Positions 39,236 to 50,125 of a stretch of 62,649 nt of DNA are shown piece by piece. The stretch is from the IMG/VR virus record IMGVR_UViG_3300017708_000776, positions 1 to 62,649 of that record. One strand, written 5' to 3'. Position numbers and translations under genes: made by a program. Below the pieces are notes generated by a model. It was not told the origin of the DNA, did no database searches, and was given only the letters and a program-made list of their open reading frames with translations. This stretch comes from a virus. Lineage: Duplodnaviria > Caudoviricetes. Numbering within the stretch: position 1 is the first letter of the stretch; each line of letters begins with the position of its first letter.

Positions 39236-40561
39236 TTATGATCCGAGGATGTTATCCACGCGGAAAATACGGTAGTACTGGTTAGTCTTGGATGTTGCAA
39301 GACCATCGTTAGGTGTTGATCCAACGTATGGGTTTGAGACCATGCCGTAGCGAGTCTTAAAACCAATTTTTGGTTGGAATGTTTCTTCACCAACTGCACG
39401 AACCATTGTTAATGGTACGTATGGGCAATAGAATACACCTGCGTCATATGGGTTAGTACCCTTATAACCTACGTTACAGTAATCTACTGTTGCGTATGGA
39501 TCGATATACACTCTCATGCGTCCGTTAAGAACACCTGCGAATGTGTTACCTGTGTCATCAACATTTAAGTTTACGTTCATTGCAGGAGCGTAATCTAACA
39601 TGCCTGATGCTGCAAGTGCGGAAGCAACGTCAGAAGAACACACCATGAAGTTACCTTTACCTCTACGTGTTTCTTTTGCAATTGTGTTTGCTTCACGTTC
39701 GATCTGAATGATCAGACCTTTGATACGTTCAATCGACCAACGACCATCAGCATCATTTGATAAATCAAAGATACCGTTTGTTGTTGTGTTTGATGTTGTC
39801 GCACCAGTTTTCGCCTGAGCGTTAATTGTACGTACAACTTCGCGGTTGATCTCAGCCATGATCTCTGTTGACAAGATGTTTGCCAACTCTGTCTCTGCAT
39901 CAAGACCATGAATTGCTTTCAAGTCCTGTGCGAGTTCTAGTGAGTACTCAGCTTTTAACGCACGTGATTTCGCAGTCACGGTTGCTTTCTCAATGGTAAA
40001 ACCCATTTCAGCGAAAGCAGAGTTAGGTGCGCCTGCACCTGATCCTAGACCTTCAGCATGATCTGTTGCCATACCACCACCGAAGTCTGCGGCAGCACCT
40101 GCAGAGTCAACTGCAGCTAGTGTACCAAGACCTGATGTGTCGTTTGATTGTGTTGATGCTGAGTCACCTGAGAAACCAGATACTGGTTCGTTGATTGCAA
40201 GTGCTTCATCACCTGAAGTTGCGCCAGCACGTGTAGTTTTGTACTGTGACTTCATTGCGAAGATCAGACCAGTTGGGCCTGACATAGGTTGCACACCACA
40301 GATGTCGTATGCCATTAGGTTTGGCATTGCACGTCTTACTAGTGCGATAAGAACTGGATTCCAGTTTGCAACATTCGCATTGTTGTTTGTTGGCACAGCT
40401 TCGTGTAGTTGCTGTGACTGTTCGTTCATTTCACGTTCTTGGTTTTCCAAGATCGCTGCAGTTACTGCTTTACGATGGTTATCAGTGATTGCGCCTGCTG
40501 ACTCTTCGTTCAAGACTGGCGCCCACTTTTCCATCAACTTGTCATATGATGCTGTCATCAT
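39236..40561 (-). CDS. 23: Major capsid protein gp23
   Basis: KWAPVL, GVQPMSGPTGLIFA, KSRALKAEYSLELAQDLKAIHGLDAE, FQPKIGFKTRYG. Confidence 0.98.
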   Translation of the reverse strand: MMTASYDKLMEKWAPVLNEESAGAITDNHRKAVTAAILENQEREMNEQSQQLHEAVPTNNNANVANWNPVLIALVRRAMPNLMAYDICGVQPMSGPTGLIFAMKSQYKTTRAGATSGDEALAINEPVSGFSGDSASTQSNDTSGLGTLAAVDSAGAAADFGGGMATDHAEGLGSGAGAPNSAFAEMGFTIEKATVTAKSRALKAEYSLELAQDLKAIHGLDAETELANILSTEIMAEINREVVRTINAQAKTGATTSNTTTNGIFDLSNDADGRWSIERIKGLIIQIEREANTIAKETRRGKGNFMVCSSDVASALAASGMLDYAPAMNVNLNVDDTGNTFAGVLNGRMRVYIDPYATVDYCNVGYKGTNPYDAGVFYCPYVPLTMVRAVGEETFQPKIGFKTRYGMVSNPYVGSTPNDGLATSKTNQYYRIFRVDNILGS

Positions 40562-40576
40562 TTTTTGGACTCCCAA

Positions 40577-41635
40577 TTATTTGTTAGTTTTTTGGATTGC
40601 TGATAGGTACTGAGCCATCATGTCAGATGTTGCTTCTACTACAGCATCACCGTCTTCGACTGCTTCTTCAATATCAGCAGACTCAGTAGTTTTCTTTGTG
40701 AAGTATGATTCTTTGATTGTATTTACTTTTTCTGCGAAAGTTTCTTCGTTATCAAAGTCTACATCTTCGGCGAGTTTTTTAAGTTTTTCAACTTGTGTTG
40801 CTGCAAGACCTTCTGCCGCTTCAGCGATGATTGCATCACGCTTTAACGTTTCTAATTCTTCTTGCATTTCCATTTGCTTAGTAATTGCGTCATTAGAGGC
40901 AGCCTCTAACTCTTCAACTTCCGCAGACAATTGGTCAACTAGATCAACCTTAGACTCTGGTACTTCGATGTAAGATTCTGTAAACAGATCTTTCAGAGAG
41001 TTCATGAACGTCTCTGCAATCTCAGTGCGTAAACCAGTTTGGACGGCAACTTTGTTGTCTTCCATCCACTGCTCAACTACGTAGTTTAGGTAATTGTCAA
41101 CTTTCTCTACGAGATCGGATTTTGTAGAAGCAATTTCTTCTGCGAGTTCTTCATTGTATTTTTCTTCAAGACGATCAATCTCTTCAGACAATTTTGACTT
41201 TATTGCCGCTTCAAAGATTGTTTCTGCTTTACCTCTGAACTCATCGGATAGAGTTGCCTCTGATTCGACAAGTGCATTGAGGTCATCAGAGAAATCAACA
41301 GTCATATCTATTTCTGTTTTCTCTTCTGATTCCGCAACTACTTCGCCTTCAAGATCTTCAAATCCCTCTGCTTTGTACATGGCCATGAGTGATGCTTTAT
41401 TCATTCCACCCATTCTTTTTACCATGCCTGCCATTAATGCTGCTTTAGTTTTAGGCATTGGGTCTTGTTTGGTTTGGTCACCTTTACGCTTTGGGGCGCT
41501 TCCAGTAGCTTCACCTGCCTTATCTGTTGCAGCAATAGACTGTGCTTCTGCGTTTTTAGGATCGTGACCTTGTTGTTCCACAACTTCGTCTGTTACTTCG
41601 TCATGGAGTTCTTGATCCTGAACTTGTTCAGTCAT
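40577..41635 (-). CDS. 22: Prohead scaffold gp22
   Basis: Acidic coiled coil, KVDNYLNYVVEQW; between 21 and 23. Confidence 0.92.
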   Translation of the reverse strand: MTEQVQDQELHDEVTDEVVEQQGHDPKNAEAQSIAATDKAGEATGSAPKRKGDQTKQDPMPKTKAALMAGMVKRMGGMNKASLMAMYKAEGFEDLEGEVVAESEEKTEIDMTVDFSDDLNALVESEATLSDEFRGKAETIFEAAIKSKLSEEIDRLEEKYNEELAEEIASTKSDLVEKVDNYLNYVVEQWMEDNKVAVQTGLRTEIAETFMNSLKDLFTESYIEVPESKVDLVDQLSAEVEELEAASNDAITKQMEMQEELETLKRDAIIAEAAEGLAATQVEKLKKLAEDVDFDNEETFAEKVNTIKESYFTKKTTESADIEEAVEDGDAVVEATSDMMAQYLSAIQKTNK

Positions 41636-41649
41636 ATTAGACTCCTTTT

Positions 41650-42309
41650 TCATTTAGTTTTGAGTAACGAGAGGAAATTCTTAAACTCACGAACCTGTGT
41701 CTCATAGAGATCAGTACGTGGAGCTTTCTTAATTTCAGTCTCCATTTGTTCAATTGTTTGTGCCTCGATAATACCGTTGTTCCAAACCCATTCTACACCT
41801 TCCATAACTCCATTAACAAATGCGCTAGGTGCGGATGGATCTTGAACAATATCTACTGCATTCAACATAAAGTCTTCCTGCACTACCATTGCGTCATTAC
41901 CGTTCTTCAAACTTCCCATACCACGAGTCGATACGCCTAGATTGACACCACCATCAAGCAGACCTTGTACGATCTTACCCATAGGAGTTTCCAATATAGT
42001 CGCTTTACCCACAACATCGTTCCCTTTCCATTTAAGAGATTCTATCTTGTGGGAAACCTTATCTAGATTTACAGTCGGCCCTTCTGGATGATTCAATTCA
42101 CCCACTGCCCTACCTTTTGAAACTTGTTCACCGTTATACTTGTCCAGTGCCTTTTCCATTACAGGTTTGGGATAAATCCGACCATTTCTATTCTTTTGTT
42201 CTGCTTGCATGAAGATACCTTCGATCATGTACTTCTTCTTCCCAGACTTCTCATCCTGTTCGGTGAGAACTTCTAGGTTTTGTTCGGTATATTCTGCAAT
42301 CAGTTTCAT
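41650..42309 (-). CDS. 21: Prohead protease gp21
   Basis: KNRNGRIYP, GELNHP, GVSTRGMGS, DIVQDPSAP. Confidence 0.96.
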   Translation of the reverse strand: MKLIAEYTEQNLEVLTEQDEKSGKKKYMIEGIFMQAEQKNRNGRIYPKPVMEKALDKYNGEQVSKGRAVGELNHPEGPTVNLDKVSHKIESLKWKGNDVVGKATILETPMGKIVQGLLDGGVNLGVSTRGMGSLKNGNDAMVVQEDFMLNAVDIVQDPSAPSAFVNGVMEGVEWVWNNGIIEAQTIEQMETEIKKAPRTDLYETQVREFKNFLSLLKTK

Positions 42310-42518
42310 TTCTTTAATACCTTTATCATTTCAGATGCGGCCTTCTCTGCCTCACCTTTACTTTTGTATACGTCTAATCTGTCACCATCTACATAGGCGG
42401 CAAAACCCTTGGGTTCTTTATACACCATCATTTGGACGCGACCTATCTTCTTGTTAACGACAAGTTGACCTTTCGGTTTACGTCCTAGTGACTCTCTTAT
42501 TTGATCAAAAGTTTTCAT
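42306..42518 (-). CDS. Small prohead core-type protein
   Basis: MKTFDQIRES N-terminus; gp68-like position behind a late promoter. Confidence 0.6.
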   Translation of the reverse strand: MKTFDQIRESLGRKPKGQLVVNKKIGRVQMMVYKEPKGFAAYVDGDRLDVYKSKGEAEKAASEMIKVLKK

Positions 42519-42529
42519 TTAATTTATAT

Positions 42530-42537
42530 TATTTATA
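42530..42537 (-). promoter_or_regulatory. T4-type late promoter
   Basis: TATAAATA. Confidence 0.75.
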
Positions 42538-42555
42538 CTTTCTTGTTCTTTGACA

Positions 42556-42909
42556 TCAAGACTCTTCAGGTATCGGATCTTCTGACCCTTCTCCGTCTTC
42601 GTCATCCATTCCGACTTCCACATTATCACTGGGCTCTTGTATTCCCTCTTCGGCATCTTCCAAGGGTAACTCTCCCTCTTGCTCTTCCTCGCCATGTTCG
42701 TCATCCAATTCAAGTTCGAGTTGCTCATCATCTATATCTTCATCCTCAATGTTTTCCGCACCGTTATAGATTTGATCTGCTAGTTTAACTTTTTCCTGAT
42801 CCAAAACATCTTGAAGTTTTACTGACATCATGTCACCAAAAGTTTTATTTGCTTTGTTCCAGTCTTGATCCAATGCGTGTTGAATCATTGTTTGTGTATC
42901 TTCACTCAT
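42556..42909 (-). CDS. Acidic prohead core protein (gp67-like)
   Basis: Highly acidic ORF directly after the portal gene. Confidence 0.65.
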   Translation of the reverse strand: MSEDTQTMIQHALDQDWNKANKTFGDMMSVKLQDVLDQEKVKLADQIYNGAENIEDEDIDDEQLELELDDEHGEEEQEGELPLEDAEEGIQEPSDNVEVGMDDEDGEGSEDPIPEES

Positions 42910-44467
42910 TTTCTTTTTCATCTCCTTGTACAGGTTTCAATTCAAATTTTTGTCCAGCTGTGGGACTATTATCTGGTGCTTCTTCTTCCTCACCATCATC
43001 TTCCCCATCAATCTGTTTGTTCATACTTTCAATGTCTTCATCTGATAGATGCAGAACGTTCTTCTGTATCCATTCTTTAGAGAAATATTCTCCAACATAA
43101 TTAGAAACCCTATCAAGACTTTCCAATCTGTTTTGAAATACTTCTGCATCACGTAGTTCTGTAAAGTGATTGTCTTTTACATAATCAACTGTGATATCAT
43201 TTTTCCATGAATCCCAATCTTCTTCAGTACAAATGCCTTTCATGACAAGTTGTTTTTTTAGGATTCCATAGAATAAGTGAGAGAACCTCATTCGCAATCT
43301 ATCAATAAACTTTTGAAACTTGAGTTCGTCTCTGTTAATTTCTGTAGATCTGCCAAGAATACCTTGAACAGATTCTGTATCCAAACGAGACATCGGAACG
43401 TTTAGTGAACGATACATTCTCTTTTGAAAATATATAATGTCCTCTATTTGTCCTAGATTCTCACCGCCTGGTAGTGTAGTAATCTCAGTACCGCGACCAC
43501 CTTCACGTCTTGGTAACCAGAAGTCTTCAAGTAGTGATTGGTGTTTACGATCATCACGGATCTCACCAGTCTTAGCATCGTACACAAGTTTGTTTCGGTA
43601 ACGTGCCATGATATCTTTCATGTACTGTTCCGATTTACCTCTTGGTAAGTTACCAACATCAATGTAGAATATTCTACGTTCTGGTGCACGTGCAAGTCTG
43701 TATATGACCAACGCATCTTCCATCATCCTTAACTGGTTGATTGGTTTCAATGCTTTGTGCATATGCGAAACTATTTTCTTACGATCCTCTGTCAATAACC
43801 CAGATGTGACATATGACACGGAGTCATTTGTCATCTTGATGCCACTAGTTGATGACCCAGGCTTCTCTTGATAGATAAAGAACTCTTCAGTTTTTTCTAC
43901 AATCTTTGCACCTGTTACAGGATCTTTTTTGAATTTGACCTTCTTAACTTTACGCATTTTAGAAGAGTCAATAGGTCTTACTTCTTGTATACCTTCTTTA
44001 GGTTGAGCCTCATTCAGTATTAGATGGTGGTATAAACGTCCGTCCACGTACCAACGTCTGAATATGTCATGACCCAATTCTTTGAAGTTCAACATACCAT
44101 AAATGTAATCAAATTCTTCTTTAATTAATTTTTTGATTTTGTCTGGTGCATCTACATCATCCAGATTGATATCAAGTGTTTGTTCTAGTTCACTGCCAGT
44201 AATTGCTTCGTTGACAATATCCTCGATTGCGGCATCCACTTCTGGGTGCATCGCATTTCCACGATATTTCATTATTAATTGATAGTTGTCTTTTGAATCG
44301 TCACCGTCAAGGTTTAAATACTGACCATAATGTGTACCAGAGGCAGTTGCATAACTACCACCCTCATCGTCCCTTGGTGGAACAATGGATGGAAGTTTTT
44401 CTTCATCTTTGTTTTTGGCACGTTTGATTTCGAAACCAAATAACTTTAAACCATTATTTTCTGCCAT
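42902..44467 (-). CDS. 20: Portal protein gp20
   Basis: RRWYVDGR, YRLARAPERRIFYIDVGNLP, EDFWLPRREGGRGTEI. Confidence 0.98.
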   Translation of the reverse strand: MAENNGLKLFGFEIKRAKNKDEEKLPSIVPPRDDEGGSYATASGTHYGQYLNLDGDDSKDNYQLIMKYRGNAMHPEVDAAIEDIVNEAITGSELEQTLDINLDDVDAPDKIKKLIKEEFDYIYGMLNFKELGHDIFRRWYVDGRLYHHLILNEAQPKEGIQEVRPIDSSKMRKVKKVKFKKDPVTGAKIVEKTEEFFIYQEKPGSSTSGIKMTNDSVSYVTSGLLTEDRKKIVSHMHKALKPINQLRMMEDALVIYRLARAPERRIFYIDVGNLPRGKSEQYMKDIMARYRNKLVYDAKTGEIRDDRKHQSLLEDFWLPRREGGRGTEITTLPGGENLGQIEDIIYFQKRMYRSLNVPMSRLDTESVQGILGRSTEINRDELKFQKFIDRLRMRFSHLFYGILKKQLVMKGICTEEDWDSWKNDITVDYVKDNHFTELRDAEVFQNRLESLDRVSNYVGEYFSKEWIQKNVLHLSDEDIESMNKQIDGEDDGEEEEAPDNSPTAGQKFELKPVQGDEKENE

Positions 44468-44483
44468 TGTAGTCCTCAGATAA

Positions 44484-44513
44484 AATAATAGGGCGGCAGT
44501 ATTACCGCCCTAT
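44484..44513 (-). terminator. Terminator after gp19
   Basis: ATAGGGCGG-TAATACTG-CCGCCCTAT then TATTTT. Confidence 0.75.
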
Positions 44514-44524
44514 CTGTTATTTAG

Positions 44525-45052
44525 TTAACTTGTTGTATTGCTTTCCCAGTACTGGTATACCCAAGTACATGTGAATCTTTCGATGTTGTCATTGTCACCG
44601 AATGATAGTGGAATGGGTGCAAGATCCTGTGGATATGACCCACGGAAGTTATATGTCTTAATGACATCCCCTTCACGATCCAACTGTTCAACTTTAAGAT
44701 CTGCTTCGTATGCAACTGGAACCGCAAGACCTGTATTGGCATTGTGTCCGTTGATACCATTCATCCAACGCTCTAGTGCGTCACGGATTGCAAAATCTGT
44801 ATCGTTGATTATAGTTGTTGTCCATTCAGCAAATGTACGATCCCCTGCCATTTTTAACTGGCGACCTCGGAAAGGTACTAATATTTGACCGAATGTTGAT
44901 CCAGGCAGTTCCGCTGCTTCAACTAAGAAAGAGGTAAGCTCTGGGTTACCATCTGCAAATGCAGGATAGTTAATGGTAACTTGGAAGAGATTAGGACGTG
45001 CGCCCCCACCTCGTAGTTTTGCTTTAAAATCGTCTACTCCTAAAATTGCCAT
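44525..45052 (-). CDS. 19: Tail tube protein gp19
   Basis: GGARPNLF, FRGRQLKMAGDRTF, ERWMNGIN. Confidence 0.95.
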   Translation of the reverse strand: MAILGVDDFKAKLRGGGARPNLFQVTINYPAFADGNPELTSFLVEAAELPGSTFGQILVPFRGRQLKMAGDRTFAEWTTTIINDTDFAIRDALERWMNGINGHNANTGLAVPVAYEADLKVEQLDREGDVIKTYNFRGSYPQDLAPIPLSFGDNDNIERFTCTWVYQYWESNTTS

Positions 45053-45062
45053 GTCTACCTCC

Positions 45063-46817
45063 TTACACCGTTCCTACGACTTCTTCAAAGTCAACGCCTG
45101 TACGAACAGCAACAAAGTTCAGAGTGACGTAGTTGATAGAACGTGCAGGTTTAATGAAAATATTTGCAATAAACTCGTTACGATCAATCACGGCTCCAGT
45201 GTTGTTGGTTTCATCACAGACAACTTTAAAGTCTGTAATACCTCTACGACCTTTCACCTCTCGGAGTACTGGTTCTACTATGTTGACAAACTCTGCGCGA
45301 GTAAACTCATCGTTAAACTCGAACATAACTTGTTCCGCTGCTTTTCCAATCGCACGTTCTAGGACTAAGAATAGTCTTCGGACGTTGATCCTGTCAAATG
45401 CAGATGGGCGACCAAGTTTTGTTTTGTCACCAAACAACAGTACACCTTGGCCTGGGATGTTTGCAATCGGGTTAACCGCTGCTTTGTATAGTGTGTCCCT
45501 TTGTGCCTTTGTAGGTGACCAACTGATTGCAGTAATACCTAGATATCCACCACGTCTTGAACCTGCAGGAGAGAACCATGGTGCACGATTTAAATCGGTT
45601 GCGGCCATGATACCTGCAGTAGATGATGCGGCAGGGATCTGAATAAACTGATCATTGTACTTATCGTACACTTTCAAGAAGTTTCCATCTGCTACCAGAT
45701 ATGATGAACTTGTGAAAGTTTCAGCGGTTGTAGTGATATTGGTTGTTATTGTTGCAGTATTAGTCAAATTAATTACGTCTGACCTTGCAGGTGAAGCGCA
45801 GACTACGCAATCTTTACGTAGACCTGATGCTGTTGAAATTAAATCATTCACAACAGTTGTTTGATCTGCACGACTGTTCATCGATGGAGCGACTAAGAAG
45901 TCAACTTCTACGATGTCCTTATCTTCGAATAGGTCAAAACCTGTCAAGACTTCAGATGTTCCTAGTACACCTGAGTTTGAACCTTTTGTGAATGTGTGAT
46001 CTGTTGCCGCAGTTAAGCCTGGTGCAAAGTTGTCACCAGAATCTGCAGTAGTACCTGCACCTGCAGAAGAATAGTCTGAGTCGAATCCAACCATGTGGAT
46101 GTATTCGGATCTCGCATTAACTATATCTTGTGCGAAGTTAGTAGTACCATCAGCATTTTTAGCATCACTTGCAATTGAAACGAAAGGATATCTTTCTAGT
46201 ACTGTACCTTTTGTTCCTGTTAGTTCTCCACCATTATCTACAACTACAACGTGTATTTCATCGTTAGATGCATTTTTATTTGATGCATGTGATGATGTGC
46301 CAGGCGCGGCATCGAAGTCATCTTTGTACGACCATGCATTAAATGCAGTACTGTTAGGTGGGCAAATTGATACTTGAATTGAGTTACCTAGTTCGCCTGG
46401 GTAACGTGCAATCAAAGTGTGTGAATCTGAATCCAAAGCGCTCTGTTGTGCCGCGAAATCATTATCGTTCTTTACTAGTTCCATAGGTAAGGAACCATCA
46501 TTATCTGTTGCTAGTTGTCCTGTAGTAGAACGAGCATTCTTTGCAGCCGAGGTAACCTCGCGTACAACTTGTAAAGAACCTGAGTAACGTAAAAAGTAGG
46601 ATGCGCTGTGGAAGTCTATGGTATTTGCTGAGTCTGGAGATGCAAAAGTGTTGACAAGAGAAGTCTCGTTGTCTATCAATACTCTTTGTTCTGCAGGCCC
46701 CCAGCGAAAGTTCCCAACGGTTGCGCCAGTAGTTGACTGTACGTTTGGAACGCCACCAGTCAGATCTATTTCTTTGACGACAACGGCTGGCGAAGCAGAC
46801 GGTGTTGAAAGTGCCAT
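45063..46817 (-). CDS. 18: Tail sheath protein gp18
   Basis: WFSPAGSRRG, FDRINVRRLF, FEFNDEFTR, KPARSINY. Confidence 0.97.
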   Translation of the reverse strand: MALSTPSASPAVVVKEIDLTGGVPNVQSTTGATVGNFRWGPAEQRVLIDNETSLVNTFASPDSANTIDFHSASYFLRYSGSLQVVREVTSAAKNARSTTGQLATDNDGSLPMELVKNDNDFAAQQSALDSDSHTLIARYPGELGNSIQVSICPPNSTAFNAWSYKDDFDAAPGTSSHASNKNASNDEIHVVVVDNGGELTGTKGTVLERYPFVSIASDAKNADGTTNFAQDIVNARSEYIHMVGFDSDYSSAGAGTTADSGDNFAPGLTAATDHTFTKGSNSGVLGTSEVLTGFDLFEDKDIVEVDFLVAPSMNSRADQTTVVNDLISTASGLRKDCVVCASPARSDVINLTNTATITTNITTTAETFTSSSYLVADGNFLKVYDKYNDQFIQIPAASSTAGIMAATDLNRAPWFSPAGSRRGGYLGITAISWSPTKAQRDTLYKAAVNPIANIPGQGVLLFGDKTKLGRPSAFDRINVRRLFLVLERAIGKAAEQVMFEFNDEFTRAEFVNIVEPVLREVKGRRGITDFKVVCDETNNTGAVIDRNEFIANIFIKPARSINYVTLNFVAVRTGVDFEEVVGTV

Positions 46818-46874
46818 GTTATCTTCCTCTGTTAAAAATTATATGTTCCATAATACGATTAGTCAACATACCAT

Positions 46875-46882
46875 TATTTATA
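46875..46882 (-). promoter_or_regulatory. T4-type late promoter
   Basis: TATAAATA. Confidence 0.75.
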
Positions 46883-46893
46883 ATATAATTACT

Positions 46894-48525
46894 TTACAGT
46901 GGTATGTCATCGGCATCCCACACAAATCGTTGAGTTTCATCGACTCTTATTCTCCATGGATCATCTTGGTTCTCTATTTGTTGTATCGCTGCAGATCCAT
47001 CATCGATAAACCCGAATGGAACAACATCGTTCTCTATTTCTTGCATTTTTTGTTGAAACATCATTTGTTTTAGATTAATATCTGTCATGTCAGAAAAGTA
47101 TTGAGTAGACACAAAATACCCAAACAAAACAAGATTCATCATCAAATCATCGTGATTTCCATCTGAGGCTTCGTATGATTGCCCTTTCGCCTCAAATGTT
47201 GATATCTCTAATATAGTAGCATCATCGTTAATTGTCAAGCGGTTTGTTTCTAAAATGTCTTTTATTGCAGAACATCCTAGACGTTTAGTTCTACGGTTGA
47301 TTTCAATACCTATTGCATTTGCTTTAACTGAGGACTCTACGTGTACGTTTTCATATTCTAGATCATGATACAACCCATTACATACTACCCCTCCTTGGTC
47401 ATTTGACTCTACAACAACATACGCATCATTGTAGGGTTTTGCATATTTATAAATAATGTTTGGGAAGAGCAATGGCGAGATAGTGTTATTGCGATATACA
47501 GCAACCTGTGCAAACGGGCGAACGCTAATATCGATCAAAGTAAATGTGGAATAGTCCTGACCTCTTCCCTTTGAAACATCTACGGTCATGATGTAATCAT
47601 GATCCTTTTGTGGTTCTTCATATATCTTTAGTAGACCACCTTCCATATATCTCTTCGCAGGTTTTGCACGTAGGTTAAGTAATGTTTCTGCGTTTATGAG
47701 TGTATCCCCAGTTCCGAAGAATGTATTACCAAACTCCTGATCAAACTGTAATTGACTTGTATTGGATATAGTTTGTTCTTTCCACTTTTCGTCACGGTTT
47801 GGTACGTCCCACCAGTCCACCCGAAAACTTTTAAACTCATTTATCTCTTGGACAGATCCTTCCCATATCTTATGGAACTGATTACCAATACCGTTTGCAG
47901 TAGATGTCACAATAACTTTGGTGTCTTTACCTGCAGAGATAACTGGATATGTAGACGTGTAGAATTCTGCGGCACGTTCTACGAAAGCAAACTCATCAAG
48001 ATATAGAAGGTTGACAGACATACCACGAATGGAACTCCCAGAAGTAGCAGCAGCAAGTATACGTGAATTGTTAGAAAATTCGAGACTACCTTTATTGAGT
48101 GCTTTCGATCCAGGCTGAAGAAAGAACGGAATGTTTTCCAACATGAGTGTAATGCGGTTAAGCATTTCACGTGCAGTCGCACCTTTGTTTGCGAGGATGG
48201 CAACTGTTTTTTCTGGGTTGAAAAGAACGTACCAAAGGAGGTAGGCACATGCACTAATGCTTTTACCAGATTGTCTACATGCGAGGACGATACTGAATCT
48301 GTTTTCTTGGAATTGTTCAAACATTCTCCTTTGGTATGGATATAAAACAAAGGGAACCATCCCATCGTCTAGAGAAATAACCTTTACATAAGTTTCTACA
48401 AAGTATATAGGATTGTCCATACACTTCTTATATTCTTGTAATAGGCTTGGAGTCCATTCTTGTAGGACACCGTCTCTCTTTACGTTAGGGTTCCCTAGAT
48501 ATGACTCTTTCTGCTTCAACATCAA
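46894..48525 (-). CDS. 17: Terminase large subunit gp17
   Basis: RQSGKS, YLDEFAF, STANG, HDDLMM. Confidence 0.97.
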   Translation of the reverse strand: MMLKQKESYLGNPNVKRDGVLQEWTPSLLQEYKKCMDNPIYFVETYVKVISLDDGMVPFVLYPYQRRMFEQFQENRFSIVLACRQSGKSISACAYLLWYVLFNPEKTVAILANKGATAREMLNRITLMLENIPFFLQPGSKALNKGSLEFSNNSRILAAATSGSSIRGMSVNLLYLDEFAFVERAAEFYTSTYPVISAGKDTKVIVTSTANGIGNQFHKIWEGSVQEINEFKSFRVDWWDVPNRDEKWKEQTISNTSQLQFDQEFGNTFFGTGDTLINAETLLNLRAKPAKRYMEGGLLKIYEEPQKDHDYIMTVDVSKGRGQDYSTFTLIDISVRPFAQVAVYRNNTISPLLFPNIIYKYAKPYNDAYVVVESNDQGGVVCNGLYHDLEYENVHVESSVKANAIGIEINRRTKRLGCSAIKDILETNRLTINDDATILEISTFEAKGQSYEASDGNHDDLMMNLVLFGYFVSTQYFSDMTDINLKQMMFQQKMQEIENDVVPFGFIDDGSAAIQQIENQDDPWRIRVDETQRFVWDADDIPL

Positions 48526-48841
48526 TCACATTATCTTCTTTTAGCATCTTTTGAATATCTGAGGTAGAACCTAAGTAGTAGTTATTCTGTTGATTTTCTA
48601 CTTGCGGTAGTTTCTCATCATCATTCAATTGTTTTTGTTTCTTATTTAAATCTTGTAGTTTATCGTTGACATCTGCAACATTTTTAATTAAACCAGATAA
48701 TACTTCATATGCACGAGGATGCTCTGATTCACGAGCAACCTCTATCATATTTTCTAGTGCGTCTTTTCCTTTTTCGATCAACTCATATAAAGTGTCACGA
48801 GAATAATCATAGTCATTATTTATTTTTTCATCATCACTCAT
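48485..48841 (-). CDS. 16: Terminase small subunit gp16
   Basis: DYDYSR, HPRAYEV, GSTSDIQKML. Confidence 0.92.
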   Translation of the reverse strand: MSDDEKINNDYDYSRDTLYELIEKGKDALENMIEVARESEHPRAYEVLSGLIKNVADVNDKLQDLNKKQKQLNDDEKLPQVENQQNNYYLGSTSDIQKMLKEDNVIDVEAERVISREP

Positions 48842-48852
48842 TTGTCATCGGA

Positions 48853-49299
48853 TTAGAATCCGCCTCCACCGCCACCAGCTGAGTCTAGTATTGTAGCACC
48901 AAGTACAGATACAACTTTAAAAGATCCACCACTGAATACTGCAAGTGTTGCGTCTCCTGCATTACCATCTGTTACATATATCATTTGACCTTCAGTTCCA
49001 GATGGTGCGGTAGCGACTGTGTATGGAAATAGTTTTACTGTGTCTACACGTGCTTGTACGTAATCACTATCTATAAGAGCAACTGAAACTTCTGCTCTAT
49101 TGTTTACATATGCAGAATCTACTATGCTTTCTATGTAAGTTTGACCTGCAATTCCTTGTACATAGGAAGAGTCAATAAAAGTTTTTACCGTAGAAGAATC
49201 TGTTAAGGTATCTATTTGTGTATTAAGGTGAGTGAAATTGCCGTCTAGTTCTGCAAAGGTAAGTTCACTGCCTTTTGTGTTTCTTAATGTGATGGGCAT
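48853..49299 (-). CDS. DS-repeat structural protein
   Basis: TKGSELTFAELDGNF N-terminus similar to that of 50126..52288; 5 DS sites. Confidence 0.7.
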   Translation of the reverse strand: MPITLRNTKGSELTFAELDGNFTHLNTQIDTLTDSSTVKTFIDSSYVQGIAGQTYIESIVDSAYVNNRAEVSVALIDSDYVQARVDTVKLFPYTVATAPSGTEGQMIYVTDGNAGDATLAVFSGGSFKVVSVLGATILDSAGGGGGGF

Positions 49300-49309
49300 T
49301 TATTTCTCC

Positions 49310-50125
49310 TTATGCGCTATCATCAAAGGCGAGATCGATATCAGTATCGAATCCATAGTCACTATCGGGCATTCCGATTATTGTGGTTGGGTTAGGTGTT
49401 ACAGTCAACCTTTCTGCACGTATGTCAGAATCACCGTCTGCACCTGCTTCACGAAAGAAAATGTCTGCAACAGATTTTCTGATAACAGTTGAGTTTGCGA
49501 TTGGGCCGAAGAAGGATACTTTCATCTCAAAAGATAACGTATATACGATTGTTCTTCTCTGTGCCATGTCTGCTTCGAAATCATCTGAGAAAGCAACACC
49601 CAACATAACAATTGGAATATCCTCTTTGAAATCTGGAAACTCTTTTGGAAATGATTTTATCGTCACAGTGTATTGAGGATTGAATGTAGGTAGTATTTGT
49701 TCTACAATCTGTAAAGCATCATCTTGACTCTTTGCGTAAATATTTAAATCAAATGAAATTGTGTAAGGAACTGGGGAAAAAAACTTCTGAGCTGTAGGAA
49801 ATGGTGTTTCATCATTAAGTTTCTGACCACGACCTTTAAAGGTGCTAGTTTTAGTCAACTGTCTTGTATTGTCATAAACAAAACTTGTTATCTCGAAAGA
49901 CATACGAGGAAGTTTAATTGCAGTCTTTTCGTCTGTGTATAGATCTGTTTGTTGTCTAATTCTCTCTAAGAATTTCTTTCTAGGTGCATATGCAAGAGGA
50001 ACTTTTAATTGATTTAAAACTCCACCAGAAGCATTCTTGCGGATCACATAGATATTGTTAAACAGTCTCCCAAAGAGGGAAACTGATTTTCTTATCTTCT
50101 CATGGTAAAAGTGTGTTCCAAACAT
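49310..50125 (-). CDS. 15: Tail sheath stabiliser/terminator gp15
   Basis: FYHEKIRK, KVPLAYAP, LPRMSFE, QIVEQILPTFNP. Confidence 0.93.
   Translation of the reverse strand: MFGTHFYHEKIRKSVSLFGRLFNNIYVIRKNASGGVLNQLKVPLAYAPRKKFLERIRQQTDLYTDEKTAIKLPRMSFEITSFVYDNTRQLTKTSTFKGRGQKLNDETPFPTAQKFFSPVPYTISFDLNIYAKSQDDALQIVEQILPTFNPQYTVTIKSFPKEFPDFKEDIPIVMLGVAFSDDFEADMAQRRTIVYTLSFEMKVSFFGPIANSTVIRKSVADIFFREAGADGDSDIRAERLTVTPNPTTIIGMPDSDYGFDTDIDLAFDDSA

Noticed and set aside
40137-47073. Long plus-strand ORFs (100-170 aa) opposite gp23, gp22, gp19 and gp18
   Set aside because: Antisense shadows of codon-biased genes; no recognisable motifs or RBS
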